Of a stretch of 64,000 nucleotides of DNA, positions 48,401-58,948 are shown in pieces. The stretch is from Armatimonadota bacterium. Its GTDB lineage: Bacteria; Armatimonadota; SYMT01. The stretch is from assembly GCA_041690135.1 (NCBI GenBank), contig JAWLHY010000002.1, positions 944,342 to 1,008,341 of the forward strand, written 5' to 3'. The translations under genes and the position numbers were made by a program. The notes beneath the pieces were generated by a model, which did no database searches, was not told where the DNA came from, and saw only the letters and a program-made list of their open reading frames with translations. Within the stretch, counting starts at the first letter, position 1, and the number at the start of each line of letters is the position of its first letter.

Positions 48401-49544
48401 GCTGGAGCGATACAGTCACCGGCAGGTTGGTGGCGCTGGACTCTCCGGCTACATACAACGAGCCGTCGGCGCCGAGCACCATGTCGTGGATCATCTCCCA
48501 GCCGTTTCCACCGAAGTAGGTGGCGTAGGTGAGGCTCGTGCCGGTGGGGTCCAACCGGGCGATGAACGCGTCCGTTACGGAAAAGAGCTCCGGATCGAAT
48601 GCATTCGGCGCGGGAAAGTCCGGGGAGTAGGTCATCCCGGAGAGCAGGACGCTGCCATCCTCCGCAAGCAGGAGGGCGCCGCCGTACTCGTAGTTGCTTC
48701 CGCCGAGGTATGACGAGAAGGTGAGGACCGGATCGATCACCAGGGGGCGGCGGGGATCGTAACTTCCCACACTCACGGTTACTTGGCCGTCCGCCTGGAG
48801 GCAGTAACGGCTCTCGACCGGCTGGCGCTCGCCGTTAACCTCCTGATACGACACCGGCCGGAGCTGCCGCAGGTCTCCCGCATCCGTGTGCAGCAGCAGG
48901 TCCCCGCTTTCGGTCAGCGCGGTGCCCCCCGTACTTTCGTAGGTCATCCGGATAGACGCCGGGTCGGCGCCCGGGGCGACGATGAAGTCGTGCTCGAGTT
49001 GCTGCTGGTTGCCGTAATAGACCAGGTCGATCCCGGGATAAACCTCCTCGTACCGGATGCGACCGTACGTCCGCACATCCGTACGCCACTTTGCGGGATC
49101 GTTGCCGTGGTAGTAGTTCACCCGGCCGGGGAGTGGCTCCAGCTTCGTACCTGGCGCGGACTGGTTGGCGCCTAGCAGGCGCATGTGAACCACGGAGGGT
49201 GAATCGGTGGGGAGCGGAGGGGCCGACCGGTTCCGGGAGCCGCCCCGGACCCCGGTCATCATCTTGCGCGGGGCTGGAGGGACGACCACTACCGACTCGG
49301 TGGCCGAAATGGCGACGGCATAACCGGCGCCGCGGGTTACGAAATCCGGCGCCACCCCCTCTACCCCGGATAGGCCTTTTCCGTTTCCGGCTTCGAAATG
49401 GAGCGGCACCCGTCCCCAACTGCGCAGGAGGCGGTCCTGGGTCGGAGCACCGGCGGGGACTGTGGCCGGACCGACCTGGCCCCGGCTTGCGGCCAGCACC
49501 AGCATCCCCGCCAGCACAAAGAAAATGGAAGAGACACGACGCAT
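45414..49544 (-). CDS. Surface protein: SBBP beta-propeller repeats, six FN3 domains, C-terminal ASH-like Ig domain
   Basis: YDPRRPLVIDP, repeated YSTYLGG...GxTxSxDFP, six PxxLT...W...YRVRAVN repeats. Confidence 0.9.
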   Translation of the reverse strand: MRRVSSIFFVLAGMLVLAASRGQVGPATVPAGAPTQDRLLRSWGRVPLHFEAGNGKGLSGVEGVAPDFVTRGAGYAVAISATESVVVVPPAPRKMMTGVRGGSRNRSAPPLPTDSPSVVHMRLLGANQSAPGTKLEPLPGRVNYYHGNDPAKWRTDVRTYGRIRYEEVYPGIDLVYYGNQQQLEHDFIVAPGADPASIRMTYESTGGTALTESGDLLLHTDAGDLRQLRPVSYQEVNGERQPVESRYCLQADGQVTVSVGSYDPRRPLVIDPVLTFSSYLGGSNYEYGGALLLAEDGSVLLSGMTYSPDFPAPNAFDPELFSVTDAFIARLDPTGTSLTYATYFGGNGWEMIHDMVLGADGSLYVAGESSATNLPVTVSLQQQNRGYIDGFVAHFNAAGNVLLYSTYLGGEAEDIGRCIALDAAGNVYVGGSTQSSDFPTLNPFRVPLTFSTEGFIAKINPTATALVYSSYLGGFDTDLVTDLALETDGSVYLVGYTHSHDFPLVNPMFPRDQRSAFLVHVNSAGSGLLHASTLGGALDDEAHAVALDGQGALFLTGYTGSDDFPLVRPLQAVHGGAADVFVAQVDLSGPTLAFSTLLGGNANDFAYALALDPAGAVYVAGETQSDLFPTVEALQAQRASPATDAFLTKIDPATPGLVYSTYLGGSGEERGVALAVDAAGNAYVQGETSSLDFPTASPFQPSHGRGFADTFVSKVGVMPPPAVPTGLTALPTSQTTMMLTWVDASDNEATFELERKPGTAASGAPFVRIASTAADTPTHPDTGLTAETTYTYRVRAVNPGGPSRYSAMATATTLPPPPDPPTHLTATAVSSTQINLQWVDQTSREEFFELERGQDPSSFALLVKLGPNQTAFADTGLEPEREYTYRVRATNAGGASAYAGPESEQTLPLPPAPPTGLTVIADSTTQLTLQWVDASTNESAFEVERRNTDQNYSRIATLPAGAVTFSEAGLPANSSRTYRVRAVNAGGASDYAGPVLGTTLPLPPAGLTASVESQTRLALSWNDPNPVPAATEIERRIAGSPSDFSVTVSAGATAYTDTGLTADTEYVYRIRTVNNSGASPFTDEVSARTLPNPPSAPTGLAVTAVSPTQLNLTWEDTSTNETHFEVERSHGSGAFTLLASLGAGSTSFADAGRTPNTPYTYRVRAVNSGGGSAYTGAATAYTLPLPPAGLQVLIRSKTAADLTWTEQNPTPTAYRIERSTGKSGFAPLASVPVGTLSHADTSLTPGTTYHYRLWATNASGDSPSAAEGSATTRGGKLKVTAKVNFGKVTLGTSRTRPLVIRNLHRTEPLQVTVPEPAQPFTLVGGGRTLTLPPRGSATLTLQYEPTARGRSKGLLNLVTTDAARANARVSLLGVGR

Positions 49545-49859
49545 TCGAAATTCCCCGTTAATCCTGGTCAGGCCCGACGCAGCCAACAAATGCCGGTAAC
49601 CCAGGCAAAGTGGCGATCGGAAGACAGTTTTCCAGGCCGGAAAAGAGTTCCTGTTCCGGCAGTGCTTTTCGCGTCTCCGTGCAGTTTGCCGGTCGCCGGG
49701 TTTGGGGAAGGCATCCAGGCATCCTGCAGAGGAAGCGCAGGTTTGCTCCGTAGAGTTCCCCGTCGGCCGTGTTCCTCCCGGCCGGCGGCAGGCAGGGTCC
49801 CGCGCCCAATTGGGAGAACTAACTGACGGTTTGCCCGCTCCATCCGTCCGGAGGTCCCC

Positions 49860-51800
49860 ATGCGCCCCTCGCGACTGTTCCTCTCGCTTACCGTCGCCGG
49901 CTCCCTGGGAGCCGTGGCTCTTACGGTCTTCGCTGCGCCGCAGAGGAAGGCGTACTCGTCTCCCTCAACCCGGGGTGGGGAGTGGCGCGTTTACGGGGCG
50001 GACCACGCCGGGTCCCGGTACTCGGCCCTGGACCAGATCGACCGCGACAACTTCCACCGGCTGCGTGTGGCGTGGCGCTGGGACTCGATTGACAACGCCG
50101 TGCTCCGCGAGCGCAAGGACCTCCGCCCCGGCCCCAACGAAGGCACCCCGGTGATGGTGGAGGGGATCCTTTACACCAGCACCTCCCTCAGCCAGGTGGC
50201 GGCCCTCGACGCGGCCACCGGGAAGACGCTGTGGACCTATGACCCCGGCTCCTACGGCAACGTCCACCGGGGGGTGGCCTACTGGGAGTCGGGAAAGGGA
50301 GACCGCCGGCAGCGCCGGGTCCTGATCGGCACCAATCACGCCTACCTCATCGCCCTGGATGCCGAGACCGGGCGTCCGGTCTCCAGTTTCGGCCAGGACG
50401 GGCGAGTCGATCTCACCCAGGGGCTGCGCCGGCCGGTGGAGCGGAAGCTGGTCAGCGTCACCTCGCCGCCGATTGTCGTGGGCGATGTGGTGGTCATCGG
50501 CGGTGCGGTGGACGACTTCCAGGACCGGAAGGAGATGCCGCCGGGTGACGTACAGGGCTTCGACGTCCGTACCGGGAAGCGCCGCTGGATCTTCCACACC
50601 GTGCCCCAGGAGGGGGAGTTCGGCAACGACACCTGGGAAGACGGCTCCTGGCGCTATACCGGCAATACCAACGTGTGGACCGTGATGAGCGCAGACCCCG
50701 AGCTCGGCTACGTTTACCTCCCCGTGAGCACCCCCACCAACGATTGGTACGGCGGGCACCGCAAGGGGGACGGCCTCTTCGGCGAGAGCCTGGTCTGCCT
50801 GAACGCGAAGACCGGCAAGCGCGTGTGGCACTTCCAGATGGTCCACCACGGCCTGTGGGACTATGACCTCCCGTGCGCCCCGAACCTGATCGACGTGACG
50901 GTGAACGGGGAGCGGGTGAAGGCCGTCGCCCAGGTGACGAAACAGGCGTTCTGCTTCGTGTTCGACCGTAAGACCGGCAAGCCGCTCTGGCCGATCGACG
51001 AGCGGCCGGTGCCCCAGACCACCGTTCCCGGCGACCGCTCCGCGCCCACGCAGCCGTTCCCCACCCGTCCCGCGCCGTTCGACCGGCAGGGCATGTCGGA
51101 AGACGACCTGATCGACTACACCCCGGAGCTGCGCGCGGAGGCGAAGGAGATTCTCAAAACCTGGAACCACGGCCCGCTCTACACCCCGCCCACCACGAAG
51201 CGCACCATCATGATGCCGGGGTGGGTCGGCGGCGCGAGCTGGGCCGGCGCCGCGGCGGACCCCGAAACCGGCTGGCTCTACGTCCCCTCCATCACCAACC
51301 CCATGTGGCTCCAGCTCGCCAAACCCACCTCGCCCACCGCGGACGTGGATTACAAGATCGACGCGAACGGCTACCGGGTGGAAGGCCCTCGCGGCCTGCC
51401 GCTGGTGAAAGGCCCCTACGGCCGCATCACCGCCATCGACCTGAACACGGGAGACCACCGCTGGATGACCCCGCAGGGGGATGGTCCGCGCAACCACCCC
51501 GCGCTCCGTCACCTCAACCTCCCGCCCCAGGGGATCTACCACCGCACCTACGCGCTGGCGACGAAGACGCTGCTCCTCGCCACCCAGGAAAGCGGCTGGT
51601 TCAACCAGGAAACCCCGACCGAACCGGCCGAACTCCGCGCTTTCGAAAAGCAGAGCGGCAAGCTGATCGCCAAAATCCCGCTCCCATCCCATCCCACCGG
51701 CGCCCCCATCACCTATCTGGCCGGAGGCAAGCAATACATCGCCATCCCCATCGGCGGCAGCGGCAAGCCCGCGGAGCTCATCGCCCTGGCCCTCCCGTAG
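49860..51800 (+). CDS. PQQ-dependent dehydrogenase (quinoprotein glucose dehydrogenase family)
   Basis: RYSALDQIDRDN, WHFQMVHHGLWDYD, PITYLAGGKQYIAI; signal peptide. Confidence 0.92.
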   Translation: MRPSRLFLSLTVAGSLGAVALTVFAAPQRKAYSSPSTRGGEWRVYGADHAGSRYSALDQIDRDNFHRLRVAWRWDSIDNAVLRERKDLRPGPNEGTPVMVEGILYTSTSLSQVAALDAATGKTLWTYDPGSYGNVHRGVAYWESGKGDRRQRRVLIGTNHAYLIALDAETGRPVSSFGQDGRVDLTQGLRRPVERKLVSVTSPPIVVGDVVVIGGAVDDFQDRKEMPPGDVQGFDVRTGKRRWIFHTVPQEGEFGNDTWEDGSWRYTGNTNVWTVMSADPELGYVYLPVSTPTNDWYGGHRKGDGLFGESLVCLNAKTGKRVWHFQMVHHGLWDYDLPCAPNLIDVTVNGERVKAVAQVTKQAFCFVFDRKTGKPLWPIDERPVPQTTVPGDRSAPTQPFPTRPAPFDRQGMSEDDLIDYTPELRAEAKEILKTWNHGPLYTPPTTKRTIMMPGWVGGASWAGAAADPETGWLYVPSITNPMWLQLAKPTSPTADVDYKIDANGYRVEGPRGLPLVKGPYGRITAIDLNTGDHRWMTPQGDGPRNHPALRHLNLPPQGIYHRTYALATKTLLLATQESGWFNQETPTEPAELRAFEKQSGKLIAKIPLPSHPTGAPITYLAGGKQYIAIPIGGSGKPAELIALALP

Positions 51801-51827
51801 CGACCTTGGAAAAGGGAACCGTTGTTG

Positions 51828-51895
51828 CCCGCGGAATACGCGGAAAAGCGCGGAAGAAGACGGAAAGAACCTGGAAGGAAACGGAAAGATCGGAA
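51828..51895 (+). repeat. Purine-rich roughly 9-mer array (solo arm)
   Basis: cgcggaata cgcggaaaa gcgcggaag... just after the stop codon. Confidence 0.6.
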
Positions 51896-52722
51896 GTGCG
51901 TGGGCAGACCGGAATGGGTCGCGACTTGGACTAAGAGTGAGCAGCCATATCGGCACGCGGCGGGTGGTAGCCCCGGCGCATGCGTCCGTAGGGAAGGGGC
52001 GAAGAGAGACGGGTGCCCGCGCGCGGGCGGGGGGGTGCGAACCCCCGGTCAATTGCGCCCCCGTAGAAGAGCCCCGGAGGGGCGACAGAGCAACGGGTGT
52101 GCGGAAAGCTGAACGGCTCTGAATCCGGTCCAATGTCATCCTGAACCGCAGCCCAGCTTGATGGCTGATGGATCTCCTTGCGCTGCGGTCTCCGTCTCCT
52201 GGTTCGCCGGACCAGCATGCGTCCTGACCCCTGGTGTGGACTGGCCGATTGCATCGGCGCCTGGCGACCATGCTCTCGGTACCTGTCTTGCCAAGACCGC
52301 CTCGGCTCGGCGCAGGTCACTCTTAACGGCAGCCTGGCCGTGTGCCTGAACATCCGCCTTGCCGGTCTGAACTCCCGGATCCTGCCGCGGTGCAGCCTCA
52401 CTCGTCCGGGTGCCCTACCCGCCCTTCGTCAGCGCTGGTGGGTCCGGTGACCCATGGCAGCGTGACGCTGGACTCCACGCGCGTCGGCAATGACGCTGGC
52501 CGGATCGCGGACGAATAGAAGGCTGGAATCCTATGTGCCGATAGGGGGGCCTCCGCCCTACCTATGCGGGTGCGAAGGTAGAGGCTGTGGTGTTTGCCGT
52601 GAGCCGTACCCCACGGAATCTCACACATGATCGAATCAGCCGTGGACGCGCCGATCGCGGGTTACGGTAACGGGGTGGTGCGAGAGGGTACCGAGGGATA
52701 GTCGGAGGTCAAGGGCGGGCGG

Positions 52723-55062
52723 CTAACTCGCGGCATCCAGTGGAACCCTCTCCGGCAATCGCGCGATCGCATCGATCGCCGTCCCCAGATCCTTGAGGCA
52801 GATCGGCTTCGTAAGATAGCCGTCCATCCCGGCCGCCAGGCAGCGTTCCCGGTCGCCGCTCATCGCGTGCGCCGTCATGGCCACGATCGGAACGTGGTCC
52901 CGCGTAAGGCCTTCCAGATCGCGGATGGCGCGGGTCGCTTCCAGTCCATCGAGTTCCGGCATCTGCACGTCCATCAGGATGAGATCGAACCGCTCCTTCC
53001 TGAACGCCGCCAGCGCCATCTGTCCGTCGGGAGCAATCACCACCTCATGCCCTAGTTTCTCCAGCAACCGCTGGGCCAGCCTCTGGTTCACGAGATTATC
53101 CTCTGCCAGTAGGACCCGTCGCGCGACGCCCGAGGGAGGGCAACCGTCATTGGCGCTGGGTACTTGGGCGACCGGTGGCCGGAGGACCGGAAGGGCCGCA
53201 TGGAAGTCGCCCGGCCGCTCGACTTCGCCCATGGTTGCCGTGGCCTCCTCAACCGTCAGGACGGTCTCCTGGGCGGGTCCGAACCAGGCGGTGAACCGAA
53301 AGACACTTCCCTGGCCCAGCGAGCTCTCCACCCAGATTCGCCCTTCCATCAGCGCCACCAACTGGGAGGCGATAGCCAGTCCCAACCCCGTGCCGCCGTA
53401 GCTCCGGGTCGTGGAAGCATCCGCCTGGCTGAAAGACTCGAAGATCAGTGCCTGCTTTTCCGCCGGGATCCCGATACCCGTATCCCGGATGGAAAACTGC
53501 AGGCAGGTCCGGCCGGCGCTTTCTTCGACGACCCCGACCTCCAGCGCAACCTCACCTCTGGCCGTGAACTTGACGGCATTGCCCAACAGATTCAGCAAGA
53601 TCTGCCGGAGGCGACCCGCGTCCCCGTGAAGGCGCCGGGGCACATTGGGGGCTATCCGCCAGGTCACTTCCAGGCCCTGGCTCTGTGCCGCGAGCGCGAC
53701 CGCCTTCAGCGCTTCGGCTGCGCACTCGGCGGGTTCAAAATCCACCGGCGACAGGGCGAGCTTCCTGGCTTCGATTTTGGAGAAGTCCAGGATGTCGTTG
53801 ATCACCGTCAGCAAGGCGTCCGCGGAGCTCTTGGCGACGGTAAGGTACTCCCGCTGCTCGCGGGATAGGGCGGTCTGCAGGGCGAGTTCCGTCATGCCGA
53901 TCACGCCATTCATGGGCGTGCGGATTTCGTGGCTCATGTTCGCGAGAAACTCGCTCTTGGCGCGGTTTGCCGCTTCCGCCTGGTCCCGGCTGCGTTCGAG
54001 TTCTGCGGCCTGACCGGCTAATAAACGAGCCAGGCGGATGTTTTCCAGGATCGCCAGCAGCTGGCGCAGGAAGAGCAGCATCACGGTTCCCGCACCGAGG
54101 ATCATCACGCTCACGCGGGTGCCGGTATCTCCCGCGGTCTGCCAGACCTGCGCGAGCAGCCCGGCTTGCACCGGAACGAGCAGGTAGGGGAGGAAGATTC
54201 GCGACCACCGGGTTTCCGGAAGGGGAATGTCCGCTGACTTCTCCGGCAGGGTTGGGGCTTCGTGGTGGCGGCTGGCCAGGAGGGCGTAACTGCACCAGTT
54301 GAAGAGCATCGCCCCGATGTACCATCCGGAGTCGACCAGGCCTCCCGGTTGGTAGAGGCCCTGAAAAGTGAGAAAGCCGCACGCGAAGCTGGAGAACAAG
54401 AGGCACACGACGGCTCCCACCATGATCCGGGCTACACTTCGAACCTGTGGGGAGGTGCCCCGGAACCAGAGTAGGATCACCGTTGAGATGAGGCTCAGGT
54501 CACCCAGGGGGTACAGCACGGTTTGCCACTTGACCAGGGGCGTGAGGTTCGCGTCCTGTAAAATCGGAGTGATGATCCAGAACCAAATCGGCGAACCGGC
54601 GACCGCGAGCACAAGCGCGCTGTCCAGAAGCACCTGGACCCGGGAGAGGGACGACAGCCGGGGTCCGGGCAGCGAGAGCACGCCGAGAAAGGTACAAGGA
54701 TAGATGGCGAGATAGAGTGCGGTGATCCACTGCTGGTTGGCAGGCGTGCCTCCCGCGGCGAGCCGGCTGGAGCTGGACACGAGTTCGATAGCTACTTGCA
54801 TCACCCCGCCCAGCGCCAGAAAGCAGGCCGCGCGCGTTGCCGGATCGCTCCAGTTAAGGCCATCTCCCGCTCGCTTCTGCCTGCGGAGCTCCCGCCAGAA
54901 CCAGGAAGCGCTGATGGCGCTGCCCAGCAGGATGATGAGGGAAGCTACCGTTACCTGTGACTCACCCTGAAGGGGGTGCAGCCGCACCCAGGCCAGGTAC
55001 ATGAGGCCGAGGGCGGTCACGTGGTAAAGATGGGCAACGTGGCGAGGGGTGGGTTGGGACAT
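52723..55062 (-). CDS. Membrane-bound hybrid sensor histidine kinase/response regulator
   Basis: Many TM helices; [32 protein letters not shown]; REC domain LLAEDN...LMDVQMP. Confidence 0.95.
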   Translation of the reverse strand: MSQPTPRHVAHLYHVTALGLMYLAWVRLHPLQGESQVTVASLIILLGSAISASWFWRELRRQKRAGDGLNWSDPATRAACFLALGGVMQVAIELVSSSSRLAAGGTPANQQWITALYLAIYPCTFLGVLSLPGPRLSSLSRVQVLLDSALVLAVAGSPIWFWIITPILQDANLTPLVKWQTVLYPLGDLSLISTVILLWFRGTSPQVRSVARIMVGAVVCLLFSSFACGFLTFQGLYQPGGLVDSGWYIGAMLFNWCSYALLASRHHEAPTLPEKSADIPLPETRWSRIFLPYLLVPVQAGLLAQVWQTAGDTGTRVSVMILGAGTVMLLFLRQLLAILENIRLARLLAGQAAELERSRDQAEAANRAKSEFLANMSHEIRTPMNGVIGMTELALQTALSREQREYLTVAKSSADALLTVINDILDFSKIEARKLALSPVDFEPAECAAEALKAVALAAQSQGLEVTWRIAPNVPRRLHGDAGRLRQILLNLLGNAVKFTARGEVALEVGVVEESAGRTCLQFSIRDTGIGIPAEKQALIFESFSQADASTTRSYGGTGLGLAIASQLVALMEGRIWVESSLGQGSVFRFTAWFGPAQETVLTVEEATATMGEVERPGDFHAALPVLRPPVAQVPSANDGCPPSGVARRVLLAEDNLVNQRLAQRLLEKLGHEVVIAPDGQMALAAFRKERFDLILMDVQMPELDGLEATRAIRDLEGLTRDHVPIVAMTAHAMSGDRERCLAAGMDGYLTKPICLKDLGTAIDAIARLPERVPLDAAS

Positions 55063-55424
55063 TCCTGGATTGAGCCTTGCAGAGAGCGTGCTATTGGCTC
55101 ATTCGGAAGGGCCCAGTGTCGGCAAAAGCCCCATTCGGTTAGAAGATCGGAGCCATGTGGCCATGTTGCCTCCGCACCGAATGGCCATTAAGTAATCAAC
55201 CATTCGGTGCGAGTGCATCCCACCGAGAGGTAGGCATCCCCTCCAGGCGCCCATCGCCGGTCGGGGCGTTGCTCCGATGCGTACGCCTTGTCACGCGGGG
55301 CCCGGCCGGCTGTCCCCGCTCCTTCCCTTCCCGTGCGGCGCCACTCCGCCCCGCTCTCACTCCTATTCCGCGTGAACCGGCCTGACGACGGGACAGAGCG
55401 CCACCCCGCCCCAGCTTCCTCGCT

Positions 55425-55492
55425 CCTCTCCGTGTTCGATCTCCGTGTCTCCGTGTCTCTGTGGTGAAGTCCGGAGGTGTCTCCGTGGTGAG
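55425..55492 (-). repeat. Solo (ctccgtgt)n...ggtga arm, doubled
   Basis: Nearly identical to 4901-4943. Confidence 0.8.
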
Positions 55493-55500
55493 ACCGGCCC

Positions 55501-56082
55501 CTACAGTTCGATCCGGGTCCCCAGCACCTGGAGGAACTTCGCCAGCCACTCCGGATGGGCGGGCCACGCGGGCGCGGTGACCAGGTTCCCGCACACGTGC
55601 GCGGCTGTGACGTCGATATCCACCCACTCGCCGCCGGCCGCCGCCACCTCGGGACCGCACGCCGGGTAGGCGCTGCAGGTCTTGCCCTTCAGCACGCCCG
55701 CGGCGGAGAGGATCTGCGCGCCGTGGCAGATGGCGGCAATCGGCTTGTCCGCTTCCGCGAAGTGCCGGACGATCTCCAGGACCCGCGGGTTCAGGCGCAG
55801 GTATTCCGGCGCGCGACCGCCGGGAATCAGCAGGGCGTCGTAGTCGGCTTCCCGGATCTCCTCGAAGGTGGCGTTCAGGGCGAAGTTGTGGCCCGGCTTC
55901 TCGCTGTAGGTCTGGTCGCCCTCGAAGTCGTGGATCGCCGTCCGCACCTTCTCGCCCGCGCGCTTGCCGGGGCACACGGCATCGCAGGTGTGGCCCACCA
56001 TCTGGAGGGCCTGGAACGGGACCATCACCTCGTAGTCTTCGACAAAGTCTCCCACCAGGAACAGGATCTTCTTGGCCGCCAC
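55501..56082 (-). CDS. DJ-1/PfpI family protein
   Basis: [24 protein letters not shown]; GTG start after aaggagg. Confidence 0.93.
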   Translation of the reverse strand: MAAKKILFLVGDFVEDYEVMVPFQALQMVGHTCDAVCPGKRAGEKVRTAIHDFEGDQTYSEKPGHNFALNATFEEIREADYDALLIPGGRAPEYLRLNPRVLEIVRHFAEADKPIAAICHGAQILSAAGVLKGKTCSAYPACGPEVAAAGGEWVDIDVTAAHVCGNLVTAPAWPAHPEWLAKFLQVLGTRIEL

Positions 56083-56446
56083 GGGGACCTCCTTTCGCGT
56101 CGTCGGATCAAAATCAGGGCAGTGCGAGGTCATTATACGGGCCTACCGGCCACCCAGGCAAAGCGCCTCCTGGCTGTGTGAGCAGCCGGCCTAACTCACA
56201 AGAACCCCCGCGAACGGGAGCTACCGGTAGGCATCGCAACGGTGGGTGAGACCGCTTTCGAATACCACCGTGCGGATGGCGGGTTCGCAGATGAACGCTC
56301 CGATCCAGATCGACTTCCAGCCACCACCCTTTCCCTTGAGGATCACCGACTGCATCACTTCCTGCGGGTTCCTCTTGGTTCGCCTTCTTTGCGTCTTTGC
56401 GGCCCATACGGGGCGTATGCCTTGGCGCGAGATTGTTCCCAAACGG

Positions 56447-57487
56447 CTACCGCACGGTGTCCGGGTCCAGGCTCGGGTTCTCGATGAGGCGGATGGAGCG
56501 CTCCGCGGACTTGCGCACCTGCTCGTCCGGATCGCGGAGGGCGGCCCGGAGCCCGGCCAGGTGCTTCGCGCTGCGGATCTCGCCCAGCGCGGTAGCGGCG
56601 TAGCGGCGGACCACCACATGTTCATCCTCAGCCAGGGGCTCTTCGATCCGAGACCCATGTTCGGCGGCTTTCAGGCGACCCAGCGCGTACACGGCCGTGG
56701 CGCGAACGTTAGGGATGGGGTCTTTCAGCAGGGGGAAGATATCCGAGATGAGGTTGCGATTCCCACTGTCGCCCATGGCGCGGGCGGTCCGCTCCCGGAC
56801 GTGCGGCGAGGGGTCGGCCAGGAGGCGCTTCGCAGCGGGGGCGCCGGGTACGAGCTGGACCACCGCCCCGCGCACGGCGGGTTCCGGGTCCGCGAGCAGT
56901 GCTTCCAACTCCTTCGCATCCCGCTGGAGGGTGAAGAGGCTGAAGGCGGCGTCGATGCGGACCCGGGGCTGGGGGTGGGAGAGGTGCTCGCGGATCGGCC
57001 CGGCGAAGCGGAGATCGCGTGAGCGTCCCATCGCATAAAGGGCGTTGTGCTTGATCTCCGGGTCCTCGCGGCGCAGGAGGTCTCGCAGCGCGTCCCGGTA
57101 TTCCGCTCCCAATCCGCGGTACCCCACGGCCCGCGCCGCCCGGGAACGGACCTTCACTTCCGGGTCGCGCAGCAACTGCCCGAGGATCTCGGCGTGGACG
57201 GACTTCGGAACGACATAAACGTACCGGGAGTCGAGCATCCCGACCGCCTCGATGCGGACCGCCGGGTCCTTCGTCGCCGCAAAGAACTCCCGCACCTGGC
57301 GCGCCCGCTCCAGTTCTCCCAGCGGCGCCAGGCTCCGCTCAAACTTCCAGACGGTCTCCCGCGGGGAAAGGGGGAGGGCCTCATCCGCCGGCTCCGCGGA
57401 CGACGCCGGCACCAAGACCCCCAGGCAAAGAAAGCCCGTCATTGCCATGCGTCCCATCCGGCGACTCGCTCCGCGTCGCAGTCCCAC
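56447..57487 (-). CDS. HEAT-repeat protein with signal peptide
   Basis: Repeated LL.DP...VR..AA.ALG motifs; start uncertain. Confidence 0.85.
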   Translation of the reverse strand: MGLRRGASRRMGRMAMTGFLCLGVLVPASSAEPADEALPLSPRETVWKFERSLAPLGELERARQVREFFAATKDPAVRIEAVGMLDSRYVYVVPKSVHAEILGQLLRDPEVKVRSRAARAVGYRGLGAEYRDALRDLLRREDPEIKHNALYAMGRSRDLRFAGPIREHLSHPQPRVRIDAAFSLFTLQRDAKELEALLADPEPAVRGAVVQLVPGAPAAKRLLADPSPHVRERTARAMGDSGNRNLISDIFPLLKDPIPNVRATAVYALGRLKAAEHGSRIEEPLAEDEHVVVRRYAATALGEIRSAKHLAGLRAALRDPDEQVRKSAERSIRLIENPSLDPDTVR

Positions 57488-57774
57488 GGCTACCTCCGGA
57501 ACATCGTCCTCCGACCCGTTCTCCAGTCGAGAAGCTCACGGTTCATGACGTCTGCTTCTTCCGGCACGTTACAGGACAGTGCGCGGCAACCAGCGAAACC
57601 GCCACCAGGTTGCAATCGCGGTCAACTCCTATCCTCCCTTCTCTCCTCTTGGCGTCTTGGCGGTTCAAATCATCCAGCACTCGCGCCAACCGGAATGGCC
57701 GCCAACCGGGGTTCTCTCTTATAGTTCCGTGGCGGTGTGCTGCTTTCCCCGCCCTGGATCTGGAGTAACGCCCC

Positions 57775-58893
57775 ATGGATCTCCTCGACCTCACCCGCCG
57801 CCTCGTCGCGATCGACTCCGTAAGCCGCAACGGCAACCGCGAAATCGCCGACTTGCTCCACGAACTCCTGGACCAGGGTGGATTTACCGTCGAGCGCCTC
57901 AGCTACCGGGATGAGGCCGGCGCGGAGAAGGTGAGCCTGGTGGCGCGCCGGGGGGAGGGGACCGGCGGCTTCGGGTTCTTCTCCCACTCGGATACCGTTC
58001 CGGGGGACGGGTGGGACCGCGATCCGTGGGCGCCCACGGTGGAGGGAGACCGGCTGATCGGGCTCGGCAGCTGCGACATGAAGGGCCCCCTTGCCGCGGC
58101 GCTCGTTGCCGCCCTGGGGGCGGACCCCGAACGGTTGCAGCGGCCGCTCTTCGTGGTGATTACTGCGGATGAGGAAGTTGGCTACGGGGGCGCGAAGCAG
58201 GTCGCGGCCGAGTCCCGCCTTTTCCGGGAGGCGGGACCGGAGTGTGGCGTGGTCACCGAGCCGACCCTCTTACGGCCAGTGCACGCGCATAAAGGCGGTG
58301 CTTTGATCAAAGTCGTGGCCCACGGAACGGCCGCTCACACCAGCACCGACCGGGGGATTTCAGCCAACTTCCTCATCGCGCCATTCCTGGCGGAGATGGC
58401 GGAGTTGGCCCAGGAATTGAAGTCCGATCCCTCGTTCCGGAACCACGATTTTGACCCGCCGACTCTCGGCTTCAATATGGTGCTGAACGACGGCAACACG
58501 CGCCACAACGTCACGGCGTCGCGCACCGAATGCACCGTCTCTTTCCGGCCGATGCCGAACGACCGCAGCGCCGAAGTCGTGGAGTGGATTAAGGAGAAGG
58601 CACAGCGCCACGGTCTGGACTGCGAGGCGGCCTACTACACGCCCTTCTGGACTGCTCCGGAAGCCCCGGTAGTCCGGGCGGCCCTCGCCGCCACCGGCGA
58701 AGAGCGTTCCCACACGGTGCCCTACGGAACGGACGGCGCCGTGCTCCACCCCTACATCCAACTGGTGGTGCTCGGCCCAGGGAGCATCGCGCAGGCGCAC
58801 ACCAACGGCGAATGGATCGACATTAACCAGTTGCAGCGCGCCGTTCGCGTGTACCGGGCACTGATCGAGCGTCTATGCTATCAGGTGACGTAA
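57775..58893 (+). CDS. argE: M20 family acetylornithine deacetylase-like protein
   Basis: HSDTVP, GLGSCDMKG, TADEEVG, EPT, GPGSIAQAHT. Confidence 0.8.
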   Translation: MDLLDLTRRLVAIDSVSRNGNREIADLLHELLDQGGFTVERLSYRDEAGAEKVSLVARRGEGTGGFGFFSHSDTVPGDGWDRDPWAPTVEGDRLIGLGSCDMKGPLAAALVAALGADPERLQRPLFVVITADEEVGYGGAKQVAAESRLFREAGPECGVVTEPTLLRPVHAHKGGALIKVVAHGTAAHTSTDRGISANFLIAPFLAEMAELAQELKSDPSFRNHDFDPPTLGFNMVLNDGNTRHNVTASRTECTVSFRPMPNDRSAEVVEWIKEKAQRHGLDCEAAYYTPFWTAPEAPVVRAALAATGEERSHTVPYGTDGAVLHPYIQLVVLGPGSIAQAHTNGEWIDINQLQRAVRVYRALIERLCYQVT

Positions 58894-58948
58894 CGTCGCG
58901 ATCCTGGTAGTAACCATGGGAGCGTGATTCCAAAGTCCGCCGGTTGCA

